Part shown: positions 1-11,567 of the stretch, one piece after another
Position numbering within the stretch: the first letter of the stretch is position 1
Layout: every line of letters starts with the position of its first letter
NCBI RefSeq assembly: GCF_001194135.2
Contig: NC_068982.1
Span: 51,891,433 to 51,948,434 of the forward strand
Direction of reading: 5' to 3'
Origin: Octopus bimaculoides
Taxonomy: Eukaryota
Length of the DNA stretch: 57,002 nucleotides
The notes under the pieces: generated by a model
What the model was told of the DNA's origin: nothing
Databases searched by the model: none
What the model saw: only the letters and a program-made list of their open reading frames with translations
Made by a program: the position numbers and the translations under genes

Positions 1-342
1 CATATATATATATACACACACATGATGTATACAATACTATTGTACAAAATCTACCTTTGGTTACTAGGGAACCAAAAATGAACAACATTCTGAAAACACA
101 AATTCATCAAATGCAAAAAGCAACACAAATTGCTGAAAAGACTTCTGACAAATGCAATGCTTTACACAACAACCATGAAATATATAAACATACATAAATA
201 TATATATACATAAATATATACATAAACATATATATAAACATGTACATGCATACACATACATAAACAAACACACACACACTTGTTTACATGTATATGTGTG
301 TGTGCATGTATATATATATATATATGTATATTGTATATATGA

Positions 343-725
343 TCATCATTTAACACCTGTTTTCCATGCTAGCACAGGTTGGATGGTTTGACAGGTGCTG
401 GCCAGCCAGAGATCTGTACCAATTGTCTGTTTTGGCATGGTTTCTACAGCTGGATACCCTTCCTAATGCCAACCACTTTAGTGTGTACTGGGTGCTTTTA
501 ACATGGCACCAGCACATTTGTGCAACACATGGCATCGGCATGGGTGCTCCCTATGTGACACCAGCACAGTTGCCTCTTATGCGGAAGTGGCACAAGTGCT
601 TTTTTACATAGCACCAGCACAGATACTCCTTACATGACATTTGCACGAGTGCTCTATACATGGTACCGGAACAGGTGCTTTGTTATGTGACACAGAAATG
701 GGTGCATTTTATGTGACGCCAGCAT
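343..725 (-). mobile_element. Solo 3' end of RTE LINE (family A), degraded
   Basis: (CAT)n tail then tttccatgctagcac...ctacagctggatacccttcctaatgccaaccac; reverse complement matches the LINE 3' UTR at 42270-42420; degenerate ggcaccagcac repeats follow. Confidence 0.8.
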
Positions 726-1355
726 CAGCAAGCTCACAATCTAAGGACCTTTCGGCTGAGAGAGAGAGAGAGAGAGAGAGAGAGCAGAACCAAGTGATCA
801 AGGTATGACTAAGGCAGCCCTCTTGCTACTGACGAAATACTTGGCTACCTCAGAAGGACAAGGAAGGTGGGAGGGAGTTAGAAAGACAGTCAGAGTGAGA
901 GAGAGGGAGAGGCCTGCCCGCAGGTAACAGTGGGGGTAGTGCATGTAGTCCAGAGGGGTTAGAGGGGGATGTTCCATAAGAGCACGAGGGGAAATAACAG
1001 ACACAGCAAGTGATGTTGAGAAGAATTGGGTTGAGGGCAAGGAGAATAATTACTGGGGTCAATAATTTATTCAATAAAGCCCTTCAAGGCAGTACCCAGT
1101 ATAGTTGCAACCTAATGAATGAAACAAATGGAAAAAAAAAAAAACGGTGGAGGGTTAAAGAACTTAATTAAAGATATCTTGCTTTCACACAACTGTACTC
1201 TTGTACACATCAGATGTACTACTGACTTTATCTGTGATGTACTACTGACTTTATCTATATATCAAATTAATTATGTAAGTATATACACGAGGTTATGTGG
1301 TTGTAAATATATGTATACTTGTATATATGCAAAACTATATGTGTTCAAATGAAGC

Positions 1356-1525
1356 TACTTTCATACTGGACTAACTGCCTTTATTGTAATAGCTGGATTT
1401 GATTAACCTGTACCAGCTATAAGGAAAAGTACACAGACCAGACCAGAAATTTCCTGTAGATAAATCTCTCAATCCTGTTTGAAGCTAGATATTTTGATAT
1501 ATGTAGTTAGTCCAGTATGAAAGTA
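1356..1525. mobile_element. TA-flanked MITE (Tc1/mariner-type), 170 bp
   Basis: Terminal inverted repeats tactttcatactggactaactgc / gtagttagtccagtatgaaagta (22/23) ending in TA; partial second copy at ~3555-3713. Confidence 0.75.
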
Positions 1526-2182
1526 ATCCAGTGAATGTAAAAAATTTAGCAAGTTGGACAAAGATTGTAAACTGCACAGTCAAGTGTTTATATTGGTTGT
1601 ACACTTTCCAGCAAAATTTTGTTAAGTTAAATGTCATGGGGTGATATGCATTTCTTTCTTTTCTTTACATTGTAAAGATGATAAATTGTAAAAATTGTCT
1701 AAAGAAGTACTGTTACAAGAATCATAAATTTACAAAGATTTTTATGTATGTGAGAGATGAGTAGGGAATCAAACATATAAAATTAAATATTATTGTTATA
1801 TGACTATGCATTCATGAAGGTATGTAACAGTAAATTTATAAGTGCAGAATTAAAACTTTTTTTTTTTATTAAGGTTGAGTAAAAAATTATAAATTGCTTG
1901 TACAAGTGTTTCTACTCAACTTTCAGCAAAATTTCAAAATGTTAAATACCATGTATGATATGCTTTCATCCTAATACTGATTTTCTTTTCTTTTTCATTA
2001 GCCAAAATTATGTATTATAAAATCTGTCTATGGTTACAAAATAAAGATAATGAATTTATAAAATTTATGAAATTATTAGTATGTCTATGAGGGATAGCAA
2101 ACTGATAGAGAATCAAATTTATATGATAGGGTATCTACATGGTCAACTGAACTGCTAAAAATAACAGATCTCCTTTAAACCA

Positions 2183-2398
2183 TACTCTTTTACTTGTTTC
2201 AGTCAGTTGACTGTGGCCATGCTGGAGCACCGCCTTTAGTCGAGTAAATCGACCCCAGGACTTATTCTTTAGATGCCTAGTACTTATTCTATCAGTCTCT
2301 TTTGCCGAACCGCTAAGTTACGGGGACGTAAACACACCACCATCGGTTGTCAAGCGATGTTGAGGGGGACAAACACAGACACACATACACAGACATAC

Positions 2399-2476
<78 letters not shown>

Positions 2477-2640
2477 GACGGGTTTCTTTCAGTTTCTGTC
2501 TACCAAATCCACTCACAAGGCTTTAGTCAGCCCGAGGCTATAGTAGAAGACACTTGCCCAAGGTGCCACGCAGTGGGAATGAACCCGGAACCATGTGGTT
2601 GGTAAGCAAGCTACTTACCACACAGCCACTCCTGCGCCAT
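2183..2640 (-). mobile_element. SINE family B, full length, internal (TA)n
   Basis: tRNA-like head (ggcgcaggagtggctgtgtggtaag...ggttccgggttc) plus CORE-like ccttgggcaagtgtctt, internal microsatellite, tail gaaacaagtaaaagagta; ccatactct at both flanks; >15 copies or fragments in window. Confidence 0.9.
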
Positions 2641-3024
2641 ACTCTATTTTTTTAAAAACAGAAAGGCACATTAGAGAGCATAGCCTTAGATATTCTTTGA
2701 AAGTCATAATGATCATGATGGGAATGCTTTTGATTAATGCCTGCTTAATTATGGTTGACTAGAAGTTAGTAGCAAAAACAAGGACAGAAAAAATATATAT
2801 TTTCTTTTTGGGAACTGGATCTCAAAGCACATTAAGCTATAAATAACAACATGTAAACATTGGGTTGAAAAACCCTTTTGGGAAGAAGTTGAAGGCCTGT
2901 GGGACATGAACTCAGATCCCCTGTAGACATGACAAATGTTCTACCATTGGAGCAAAGCAAATTTCTCTAGCTAGTTTAGAAATTCTATTCTTAACAGTGA
3001 AAATTGTATGTTGTTGATGTCATA

Positions 3025-3425
3025 AGGTGCAGGTGTGGCTGTGTGGTAAGAAGCTTGCTTCCCAACTACATGGTTCCTGGGCTCAGTTCCACTGCATGGC
3101 ATCTTGGGCAAGTGTCTTCTACTAAAGCTTTGTGCTGACCAAAGCTTTGTGAGTGGATGTGTTAGGCAGAAACTGAAAGAAGCCCATCATGTGTGTGTGT
3201 GTGTATGTATTTGTGTGTATCTTTGTTTGTCCCCTGCTACTGCTTGGCAACTGGTGTTGGTGTGTTTACATCCCTGTAACTTAGTGATTCAGTGAAAAGA
3301 GACCAACAGAATAAGTACCAGGCTTAGCAATAAATTTATGTACTAGGGTTGATTCATTCGACTAAAAATTCTTCAAGGCAGTGCCCCAGCTTGACTTCAG
3401 TCTAATGACTGAAACAAGTAATAAA
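3025..3425 (+). mobile_element. SINE family B, full length
   Basis: Collinear with the reverse complement of 2183-2640. Confidence 0.85.
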
Positions 3426-3554
3426 AAAAATTTATTTTTGAGAGAATGTGATATACTTCTTTTCTGGAACTGGATCGCAAAGCACATAAAGCTTTAATTT
3501 GCTTAGATAGCATCCGCTTACTATTTTAAAATAGCATACTTAATGCTTCAAGGT

Positions 3555-3713
3555 TTTTATCCTAGAGCTTGGATTTAATTAACATATCCCAATCATAAGG
3601 AAAAGTACATTAACCAAACCAGAAATTCCCTGTAGTACTGTCCTTTGATAAACTTCTCAATCACGCCAGAAACAATATATAATGATGAAATGCAGTTAGT
3701 CCAGTATGAAAAT
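3555..3713. mobile_element. Partial copy of the 1356-1525 MITE
   Basis: Shares ataaggaaaagtac...ccagaaatt and the right TIR gcagttagtccagtatgaaa. Confidence 0.65.
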
Positions 3714-4114
3714 CATAAAAACATAACTATTGCATGAATTTGGATATAATTTGCTGGTGTACATTATAAAAGTGATTTTTTTACATGTTACTGTTGACTT
3801 TTACTCATCATATCCTTTCACTGGCAAAGGCAGGTTGAATATAGTTAACCTCATTACATGTAAATGTTTTCACACATGTTTACAAGATATTGATTTCAGG
3901 GTATCAATTTCACATTTAATTAATTTATAAATAATATTACCAAATTCTAGATCATCTACTGAGGTATTAATCACTGTTAAGTTCAAAAACTGAAGGAAGA
4001 AAAGTACTTGCAGAAATTTACTTGATAAAAGTGCAAAATATGAATACATATGATACAAACATGAAGTGTTTGGACAGGAAGTCAATGATATATATTTATA
4101 ATAAACTAGCACTC

Positions 4115-4411
4115 TGTTGGTTATGACAGCAGTTCCAGTTGATCCAATCAACCGAACAGCTTGCTCATTAAATTAGCATACAAGAGGCTGAGCATTCCCT
4201 TAACATAGTTCTCAGGGAGATTCAGCATAACACAGAATGTGGCAAGGCTGGCCCTTTGAAATACAGGTACTACTCATTTTTTTTCCAGCTGAGTGGACTG
4301 GAGCAACGTGAAATAAAGTGCTTTGCTCAAGAACGCAACGTGCTGCTGGTAACCAAACTCACAACCTTACAATTGTGAATCGAATACCCTAACTGCTAAG
4401 CCATACACCTT
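4115..4411 (-). mobile_element. Older SINE: tRNA head + CORE-like domain + F-type tail
   Basis: Tail matches 14586-14760 (gttccagttgatc...ccctttgaa); core cagctgagtggactggagcaacgtgaaataaagtg matches the D-family core at 50500-50547. Confidence 0.7.
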
Positions 4412-4450
4412 AGCAGTGTGTGTGTGCACATAATCAAATGAATAATAACA

Positions 4451-4737
4451 GACGATGGATAAGTGTCAGCTCATAGCTGTTTCTTACACTTTCCTTTTTT
4501 TTAATAGAAGAATGAGAACATTACTCCATTACAAAAAAACCGTAATCATCAGATGAAATATAATTTTACAAAGAAAAGAATATCCCAAGAATACAGCAGG
4601 GACATGACTGAAGTCTGTCGGCAGACTTCAACCATGTCCCTGATGATTACGGCTTTTTGTAATGGAGAAATGTTCTCATTCTTCTATTAAAAAACACATA
4701 AGAAACAGTTCTAATAAACTGATATTTATCCATCATC
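4451..4737. repeat. ~290-bp palindrome / foldback element
   Basis: Arms tttttaatagaagaatgagaacattactccattacaaaaaaaccgtaatcatcag and ctgatgattacggctttttgtaatggagaaatgttctcattcttctattaaaaa; centre tgaagtctg-tcgg-cagacttca. Confidence 0.8.
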
Positions 4738-5063
4738 ATCATCATTGTTTAACGTCCACTTTCCATGCTATCATGGGTTGAACGCTTTGACTGAGGACTG
4801 GTGGACCAGGTGGCTACACCAGGCTCCAATCTGATTTGGCAGAGTTTCGACAGCTGGATGCCCTTCCTAATGCCAACCACTCCGAGAGTGTAGTGGGTGC
4901 TTTTACATACCACCGGCACGAAGGCCAGTCAGGCGGTACTGGCAACGGCCACGCTTGAAATGGTTATTTTACGTGCCACCTGCACAGGAGCCAGTCCAGC
5001 GGTACTGGCAACGATCTCGCTCGAATGTCTTTTCACGTGCCAGGAAGGCGACGTTGGTAACGA
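4730..5063 (-). mobile_element. Solo RTE 3' end (family A)
   Basis: (CAT)n tail, ctggatgcccttcctaatgccaaccactccgagagtgtagtggg, then ~3 units of the 66-bp repeat. Confidence 0.9.
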
Positions 5064-5251
5064 TTATCATCTATTATTATTCATTTGATAATAATACACT
5101 AAGGGGATTTACAACTGGTCAGACACCCTAGAATATACCAACAATGTACAATGCAACATAACGCATGCTTTGGACCAGTCCCTAAACACTAAATACTCAT
5201 AGGGTTGGTTTTCTCTGTGTACACAACCAGAATATCTTATTTGATACTTAC

Positions 5252-5304
5252 CAACCATAGGCCGGAACCACAGGTTTATCCAACCCTATACCCTTTTCAA
5301 GTAC
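5252..5304 (-). CDS. Candidate internal exon of an unidentified host gene (VLEKGIGLDKPVVPAYG)
   Basis: cag acceptor, perfect TTG|gtaagt donor, 53 nt open in phase 0, unique sequence; no recognised homology. Confidence 0.3.
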
Positions 5305-5550
5305 CTGATTCTATCTGAATCCTTATTTTACTATATATGATGTAAAATATAAGAGAAAGAAAAATGCAATTCATGAGACTATTATTTAGTTCAATGGTTT
5401 TGACCCATCTAACTGGTTTGGCAAAAAAGACCAATAGAATATGTACCAGGCTTAAAAAAAAAATAAGGCTTCAATTACTCGAGTAGAAATTCTTCCACAT
5501 GGTTGCAGTCTAATGACTGAAACAAGTAAAAGATAAACGATTATTCTTAA

Positions 5551-5770
5551 CCCTTTAGCATTCAAACCGGCCATATCCGGCCAAAATATTCTACCTGTTT
5601 TATCTTCAAATAATCCAGATCTGGCCTCTCTCACCTATCCTACAATGTCATGTTAAAAATAAACAGTCACATCATCGAAATCTCAAAATTATGTGATAGT
5701 GTATGATGAATTCAAAATAATGTAAATCAATAAGCATTATATTTGTTAGATTAATCTGAATGCTAAAGGG
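5551..5770. mobile_element. piggyBac-type MITE, 220 bp
   Basis: TTAA at 5547-5550 and 5771-5774; perfect 14-bp TIR ccctttagcattca / tgaatgctaaaggg. Confidence 0.9.
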
Positions 5771-6060
5771 TTAATCCAATCACTGTTTTGAGAGCTACAT
5801 ATGGTTGTCAAATGTTTCCTATGATAGATCTGAAATGCTTAATAAAAATTCCTTACATGTCTTGAGAGCCTTATGTGTCTCTCAGGTTTTCGTCAGGTAT
5901 ATATGCTTTCTTTAAAGATATAATGAAAAGAACAAAAGGAAATCCTAGAATTATGAATAGATTTAATTTATGCAGAAAAAAAATGTGACAAGTAAATCAA
6001 TAGCTTTGGACAGGGAGAAGGTTAAGAATATTTAATCTGATATTTATTCTTTCAATTTAC

Positions 6061-6089
6061 CTGTTTCTCGATCTTTGCAACTCCAATTA
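6061..6089 (-). CDS. Candidate 29-nt micro-exon (VIGVAKIEKQ)
   Basis: ctaac/ttaac branch-like motifs plus tcag acceptor, CAG|gtaaat donor; phase-0 end is compatible with the 5252-5304 exon. Confidence 0.25.
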
Positions 6090-6214
6090 CTGATACCAAG
6101 ATGTTAAGTTAGAGAGAGCTACATAACTGCACTGTTTACCAATTCCAGCAGTCTTTGAAATTGAAAGTTGCAAGCTACTTATCATAATGCTGTTCACCTG
6201 AAGATTGTTATTAC

Positions 6215-6485
6215 ATAAACTTCCAGACAGTTGCCATCTACCAATTTTATTCACAAAGCTTGGATAACCCCAAGGCTATATGAGACATTTGTCCAAGATG
6301 CCACACAATAAGGAGAACCCAAAATCATATTATACATGGGCATGCACACGTGCACATACACACACAAGGTTTCCACAGTTTCCACCTGCCAATTTGACTC
6401 ACAAAGAGTGGTTAAACCAAGGCCACACGAGATAATTGTCCAAGATGCAACACAGTGAGACAGAACCTAAAATCATGTTATAAAC
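6215..6485 (-). mobile_element. Two tandem degraded 5' halves of SINE B
   Basis: Repeated ccaaattcactcacaagg...gacatttgtccaagatgccacac motifs. Confidence 0.6.
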
Positions 6486-7094
6486 ACACAAACACACACA
6501 TAATCAAGGGGAAACCAGGCCATCAAGCAAGAGTTCAGAAATTCATGGGAAAGCAAGATATTAATATCTTAATTTTAATATAATTCATAGATGTGTTCGT
6601 TTTCCCACCAATTTATTATTGTTATATTACCCATGCCTATACACATGTAATGCGCTCATATTACAAGTATTGCACTTAAAAATTTAACGGTTCAGTGTAC
6701 CAACAAGAATGACATGTTAGTATTATTATTTATTGTTGTTGTTGTTGTTATTATTAGCATTCAAAAATTGATGAAAGTAAATTCCAGTTACGTAACAATG
6801 TAACATGAAAAACTATAATCAATAAAAAATCTTTTCCTAAGATTAATAAATAATACATCCTTCAATCTGGAACATAGCACACACTGATTTTATCAATAAA
6901 AATGGAGTTTACTGGTTGCCCAGCAACACTTCCCAAGATAAGCCGAACAGATTTAGATAAAGTGCTTCCAACAGAAGTAAACAAATGCAAGCAGAGGGGC
7001 TCAGATGGTTGAGGAGCTAGAGTACAAGTCTATCAGCAGTTCATATTCTGCTGCAAGTATTATGGCCACAACACTTCATTTTCAAATTACTCAA

Positions 7095-7096
<2 letters not shown>

Positions 7097-7190
<94 letters not shown>
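7097..7190. repeat. (TG)n microsatellite, ~47 units
   Basis: Directly visible. Confidence 0.98.
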
Positions 7191-7192
<2 letters not shown>

Positions 7193-7435
7193 GTTGTTGT
7201 TGTTTTACTGTCCACTCTTTCTTGCTTACATTGAATGGATGGAATCTGTTGGGGGAAGATTTTCTATGGCCAGATGCTCCTTTCTGTTGCCAACATTCAC
7301 CTATTTCCAAGTAAAGTAATATTTTCCCATGCCATAACCAGGCACGTTTTCATGGGAGATTGGAAACAAAGAACACTGCTTGCATGACAGTGACAGTAAC
7401 ACACACATACATACATGTACACACACACACACACA
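7190..7435 (-). mobile_element. SINE K 3' half
   Basis: Reverse complement resembles 39140-39340 and 24790-24935. Confidence 0.55.
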
Positions 7436-7442
7436 TTTATTC

Positions 7443-7740
7443 GAGGGCACATGGCCTAGTGATTAGGGTGATGCACTCACAAACGTGAGATTGTAGCTTC
7501 AATTTCTAGACCAGGTGGTGCGTTGAGTTCTTGAGCAAAATAGTTAATCTCACGTTGATAAGCAATCACTTCAATGCCTGACATGTGGCACACTGTGGAC
7601 TTGCTCAGGCAACGTCAATTTGATGGAGGGTATGAGCTAATGTATGGTACATACATTTGATCGCTATAAAGAAATCATTTATGCAGGTCATTTGGCATAA
7701 GCTGAACAGTCATACATTGTCTTCAATGGTAGAGTTCATC
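7443..7740 (+). mobile_element. SINE family G (tRNA head + CORE-like + G tail)
   Basis: ggcctagtgattagggtg...ttcttgagcaaaa head/core; tail atttgatggaggg...gagctaatgta...acatttgatc shared with 47092-47345. Confidence 0.7.
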
Positions 7741-7757
7741 ATATGTATGTGTATATA

Positions 7758-7844
7758 TCATCATTGTTTTACGTCCGCTTCCCATGCTGACATGGGTTGG
7801 ACAATTTGACCGAGGACTAGCGAACCAGATGGCTGCACCAGACT

Positions 7845-7907
<63 letters not shown>

Positions 7908-8004
7908 ACAGTAGGAAGGGCATCCAGCTGTTGAAACCTTGCCAGTCCTCAGTCAAACTCATACCAGCAGGGAAAGCGGATGTTAAATGATGATAATGAT
8001 AATG
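7758..8004. mobile_element. Two oppositely oriented RTE 3'-end fragments joined by (TA)n
   Basis: Minus copy 7758-7847, (TA)n 7847-7904, plus copy 7909-8004 ending (GAT/AAT)n. Confidence 0.7.
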
Positions 8005-8170
8005 AACAGGTTTCTTTTAGATTCTGTCAAGCAAATCCGCTCATAAGGCATGGCTTTGGTTGGTGTGGAGCAATAATAGAAGACACTTGTCCAAGGTGCC
8101 ACATTGTGCAACTGAACTTGGAACCATGTGGTTGGGAAGCAAACATCTTACCACACAGCCATGCCTGCAT
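8005..8170 (-). mobile_element. SINE B 5' half
   Basis: gaagacacttgtccaaggtgccac...accatgtggttgggaagc...ccacacagcc. Confidence 0.75.
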
Positions 8171-8269
8171 CTATAATATGCATCATTTAGTATAGTCCAA
8201 CCAGCTGTCACTTGCAAGTATGACTTGGTAACATGCACCATGTTTTTATTTTACTAATTGTTTTTGGTG

Positions 8270-8520
8270 CCAAAGTAATTATGTGCTGATATAGACACCC
8301 TCAGAGCCTCCTCCCTTATGAACCAGCACAACATCCAGGATGTAAAAGCTGAAGGAACAGAGGAATATACCAGCAACAAACTGGTACTTGCAGCTGAGTA
8401 ACATGAAATAGAGTACCTTCCTCAAAGACATGGCATGTTGACCAGTCCAGGAATTCAACACACATTGAGACCATGTGCCAAACATCCTAATCTCTAAGAC
8501 CATCTCATTACAAGCCACTG
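8270..8520 (-). mobile_element. Old CORE-like SINE, strongly degraded
   Basis: Reverse complement shows a tRNA-like head and ctttgaggaaggtactctatttcatgttactcagctg, resembling the D/G core. Confidence 0.35.
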
Positions 8521-8521
8521 A

Positions 8522-8772
8522 TTGTTAATTTTTAGAATGACATTGTAGAATAGGCGTGAGAGACTGAATCAGGTCGGTTTAAACATAAAACAAGTAGAAA
8601 ACTTGGGCCAGATATGACTTTAGCATTCAGATTATTCTGCCAAATATAATATTTATTTATTCAAATTGTTTTGAATTAATCAAACCTTATCTGATAGCTT
8701 TGAGATTTCGGTAATGTGATTGTTCTTAAAATTACGTTGCAGATGAGGTGTGAGAGGCCAGATTTGGTCACG
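8522..8772 (-). mobile_element. Circularly permuted / dimeric remnant of the piggyBac-type MITE
   Basis: Both halves match the reverse complement of 5551-5770 but in swapped order, joined at gatatgac|tttagcattcag. Confidence 0.6.
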
Positions 8773-9194
8773 TGAATCATGACAGATTAACTACATGCAC
8801 AATATTTTTTTCTTTCTTTTTGTTACCAAAGTGATAATTTACAATTAGTTGAAGAGAAGTTTGCTGAAATCCACAGCATTTGTTTGTAGACCCTAATTAA
8901 CAACTATCAAACCAGAAAATAATTTACATTCATGTAAATGATAACCTAAATTACTTTCTGGTTTGTTGCTTGTTAATTTATCTTAATGATAAAGAGAGCT
9001 ATTTATGAGTACTCAGACACCAAGTACTATTTGTTAATGGTCACAACAAAGTGATTTAAGTTCAAAATCCCATTCTGAGAAATAAACACCAAAAATGTCT
9101 GAAACATTGAAGATTATTTTAACAAATGTTTTTTTTTGTTCTTTTGTTTTTTTCATAAAAAAATATTAAAGACTCCTATTGTTTTTTCCCTATT

Positions 9195-9339
9195 TTATTT
9201 GTTTCAGTCATTAAACTGCAACCATTCTGGGGCACCATCCTGAGGAATTTTAGTTGAATAAATTGACTCCAGTACATTTTTTGTTAAGCCTGGTACATAT
9301 TCTATCAGCCTCTCAGTGATGGGGAACAAACACAAAAAT

Positions 9340-9370
<31 letters not shown>
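9195..9370 (-). mobile_element. SINE B 3' half ending in (CA)n
   Basis: tgtttcagtcatt...ggggcacc...aagcctggtac; a matching B head lies at ~9890-9990. Confidence 0.65.
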
Positions 9371-9373
<3 letters not shown>

Positions 9374-9503
9374 GAATAAGAAATAGAAAGTCCTTGGTAT
9401 AGTATTATATATTTGAAAAATAAATAGAAATGTTTTTTCTGCTAATTTCCCCACTTTGATAATTAGACATTTATAAGATATTAGATGCTTATCTTATATA
9501 TCT

Positions 9504-9544
<41 letters not shown>

Positions 9545-9545
<1 letters not shown>

Positions 9546-9860
9546 ACCAACACTCAAGTTCGGAAATATATTGAGTCAGCTGGAACTACCTTCAAGTGGC
9601 ACCTGCACAACCACAGGTCCTCTTTCAGGATTCCAGGATTCATCACGTTCCTAGCAAGCCATGAGTGGTGCTTTAAAGATGAAGGGACCCCATATGATAT
9701 CAAATGGAAGATCATAGAGTGGCTGGGATCCTATATCAACAGGAGCTGAAACTGCAAGCTTTGCATAGCTGAACAAGCAAGGATCCTCAAAGACTCCCTG
9801 GAACCAGAATTATTAAATTCCTGACATAAGAATTATAGCTTCTGCCCCCATTTCAAATGC
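9545..9860 (+). pseudogene. Penelope-like element GIY-YIG endonuclease fragment
   Basis: RKYIESAGTTFKWHLHNHRSSF...TFLASHEWCFKDEGTPYDIKWKII...*NCKLCIAEQARIL fits the YIG..TFK.R..NH..SF / CxLCxxE pattern of PLE endonucleases; in-frame stop. Confidence 0.8.
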
Positions 9861-10002
9861 TATCTGTGGCAAGCATGGAATTCTCCATTCATCGATTAGG
9901 TCCGAAATAGTGCTGTGCAGTAGGACTGAATCTGAGACCACATTGTTGGGAAGCAAGTTTCTTAACCACATAACCACACTTTGTGCCTATTTAAATATTC
10001 AC

Positions 10003-10225
10003 TATATTAGTTTCAAATTTTGGCACAAGGGAATCAAAATATGAGAGTACGGATAAGTTGATTACACTGACTCCAGTCCTCAACTGTTACTTATTTTATC
10101 AATCATGGAAGAACGAAAGGCTAAGTTGACCTCAGCAAATTTGAACTCAGAAAGTAAAGATGGACAAAATGCATCTACGCATTTTGCCTAGTATGCTCAC
10201 GATTCTGCCAGTTTGCCACCTTATA
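10003..10225 (-). mobile_element. SINE family C (tail type 1)
   Basis: Reverse complement aaggtggcaaactggcagaatcgtgagc...ttctgagttcaaatttgctgaggtcaac matches the array copies at 30.2-32.3 kb. Confidence 0.75.
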
Positions 10226-10566
10226 AGCATATTCATTATAATTACACATTCTAGCATTGGCTGTATTAGTCTTCCTTTCTTTAATTTGTTGGTCTGAGAA
10301 AATCCTATAAAACCATCTGGAAAGCAGAGGTACAATGGACCAGCATAATCAGTATGCGCTTATTTTTGATTTAAATTATACAATATAAGGAGAATGAGCT
10401 GAAAAAAATTACTTCAAAGGGATTTTAATACAATAAATGACAGATTGGGAAAAGTGTTTTATAAAGTGGTTTTAAGTTCAAGGTTTTATCATTCCAAGAT
10501 GCAACGAAGCAAGATATCGTGTGAACAACAAAAAGATAAGTGTACTTCAATGGAAGATGATCTAGA

Positions 10567-10790
10567 TAAGTGGTTCTCAACCATTTTTTGCCTGTGGACG
10601 CCCTGTGATCCCTATTTTACTTGGGTGGGCCTTCATAGCTTTTTGATGTTTAAAAAATCCTATTATATTTCTATAATTAAATATTAGGAATTGCATTAAA
10701 AAAATTATTAAAAATATTTTGTGTATTGTACAAGTGTAACCAAATTTATTGCACATGTATTTTACAACAAGATCTTGTGTGGGCCCTCAA
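10567..10790 (+). mobile_element. Possible hAT (Charlie-like) MITE left end
   Basis: agtggttctcaacc resembles the Charlie-type TIR cagtggttctcaacc; no matching right TIR found. Confidence 0.35.
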
Positions 10791-11567
10791 GTAGGGGTTC
10801 ACATCTTTAGATAGGAAGCCAATGTGGTAATAATTGGATTGACAGAGAGAGACAGAGGGTGGACACAATTTCACAGAAATATTGAGATTGGTAATTAATC
10901 TACCAAACAAAAGCTAAGAACGTCAATCCATTTTTCCTATGATGAGTAAAGTATTAAAAAAGCTTTATTTTTCTAGGCACATTCACAATGAGGAAAACAT
11001 CAGCAGATGAAAATATAGTTTGCATGGTTTTAGTAGAGGGTTGTTCATGGTGAAAGGAATGTAGGTGGGTTTCTATATTTCAGAGTTGAGCAGCAGCAGC
11101 TGCAAGAGAGAGGGTGGAGTAGACAAATAGAACAGACAGACAGAACAGATACAAGGATAAAAAATTCTTAGGTGACTCAATGGCTCAGTGGATGAATTAA
11201 TAACTGCTCAGAGTAACAATATAACTTCTTTCCTTGAAATTGTATAGATCAAAGGAAATCACTGAAGAGTAGATAATGAATAAATCCAAAATATCATTTA
11301 CATCTCATATAGGTGATTGGAAAGATAGAAGAAATGTAATTAAGTGCCTTGTAAATCTGTAGCCATTTATAACTTCCTCTATCACATTATTATCCGCTTT
11401 TGTTAAAAAGAAACCTTTTGTGCGTCATAATGTAAAGTCAGGGAAGAGAAGTAAATGGAATAGTTCCTTTAGAACTCATTCTACAGCTTTACCTGAGACA
11501 GTGACAATATCATTTGGATAAGAAATATAACAAATTGGGCCAAATGTAAAGAAGTTATACTAACCAT

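Noticed and set aside
64-356. ORFs rich in YI/CV/HT/RE dipeptides here and throughout the ORF track
   Set aside because: They are translations of (TA)n, (TG)n and (GA)n microsatellites or of N gaps, not genes
3942-3990. Minus-strand 49-nt exon candidate FLNLTVINTSVDDLEF
   Set aside because: Phase incompatible with the preceding candidate exon (gives an immediate stop); no independent support
6909-7030. Open frames on both strands suggestive of an exon
   Set aside because: Weak splice sites, ambiguous frame and no recognisable homology
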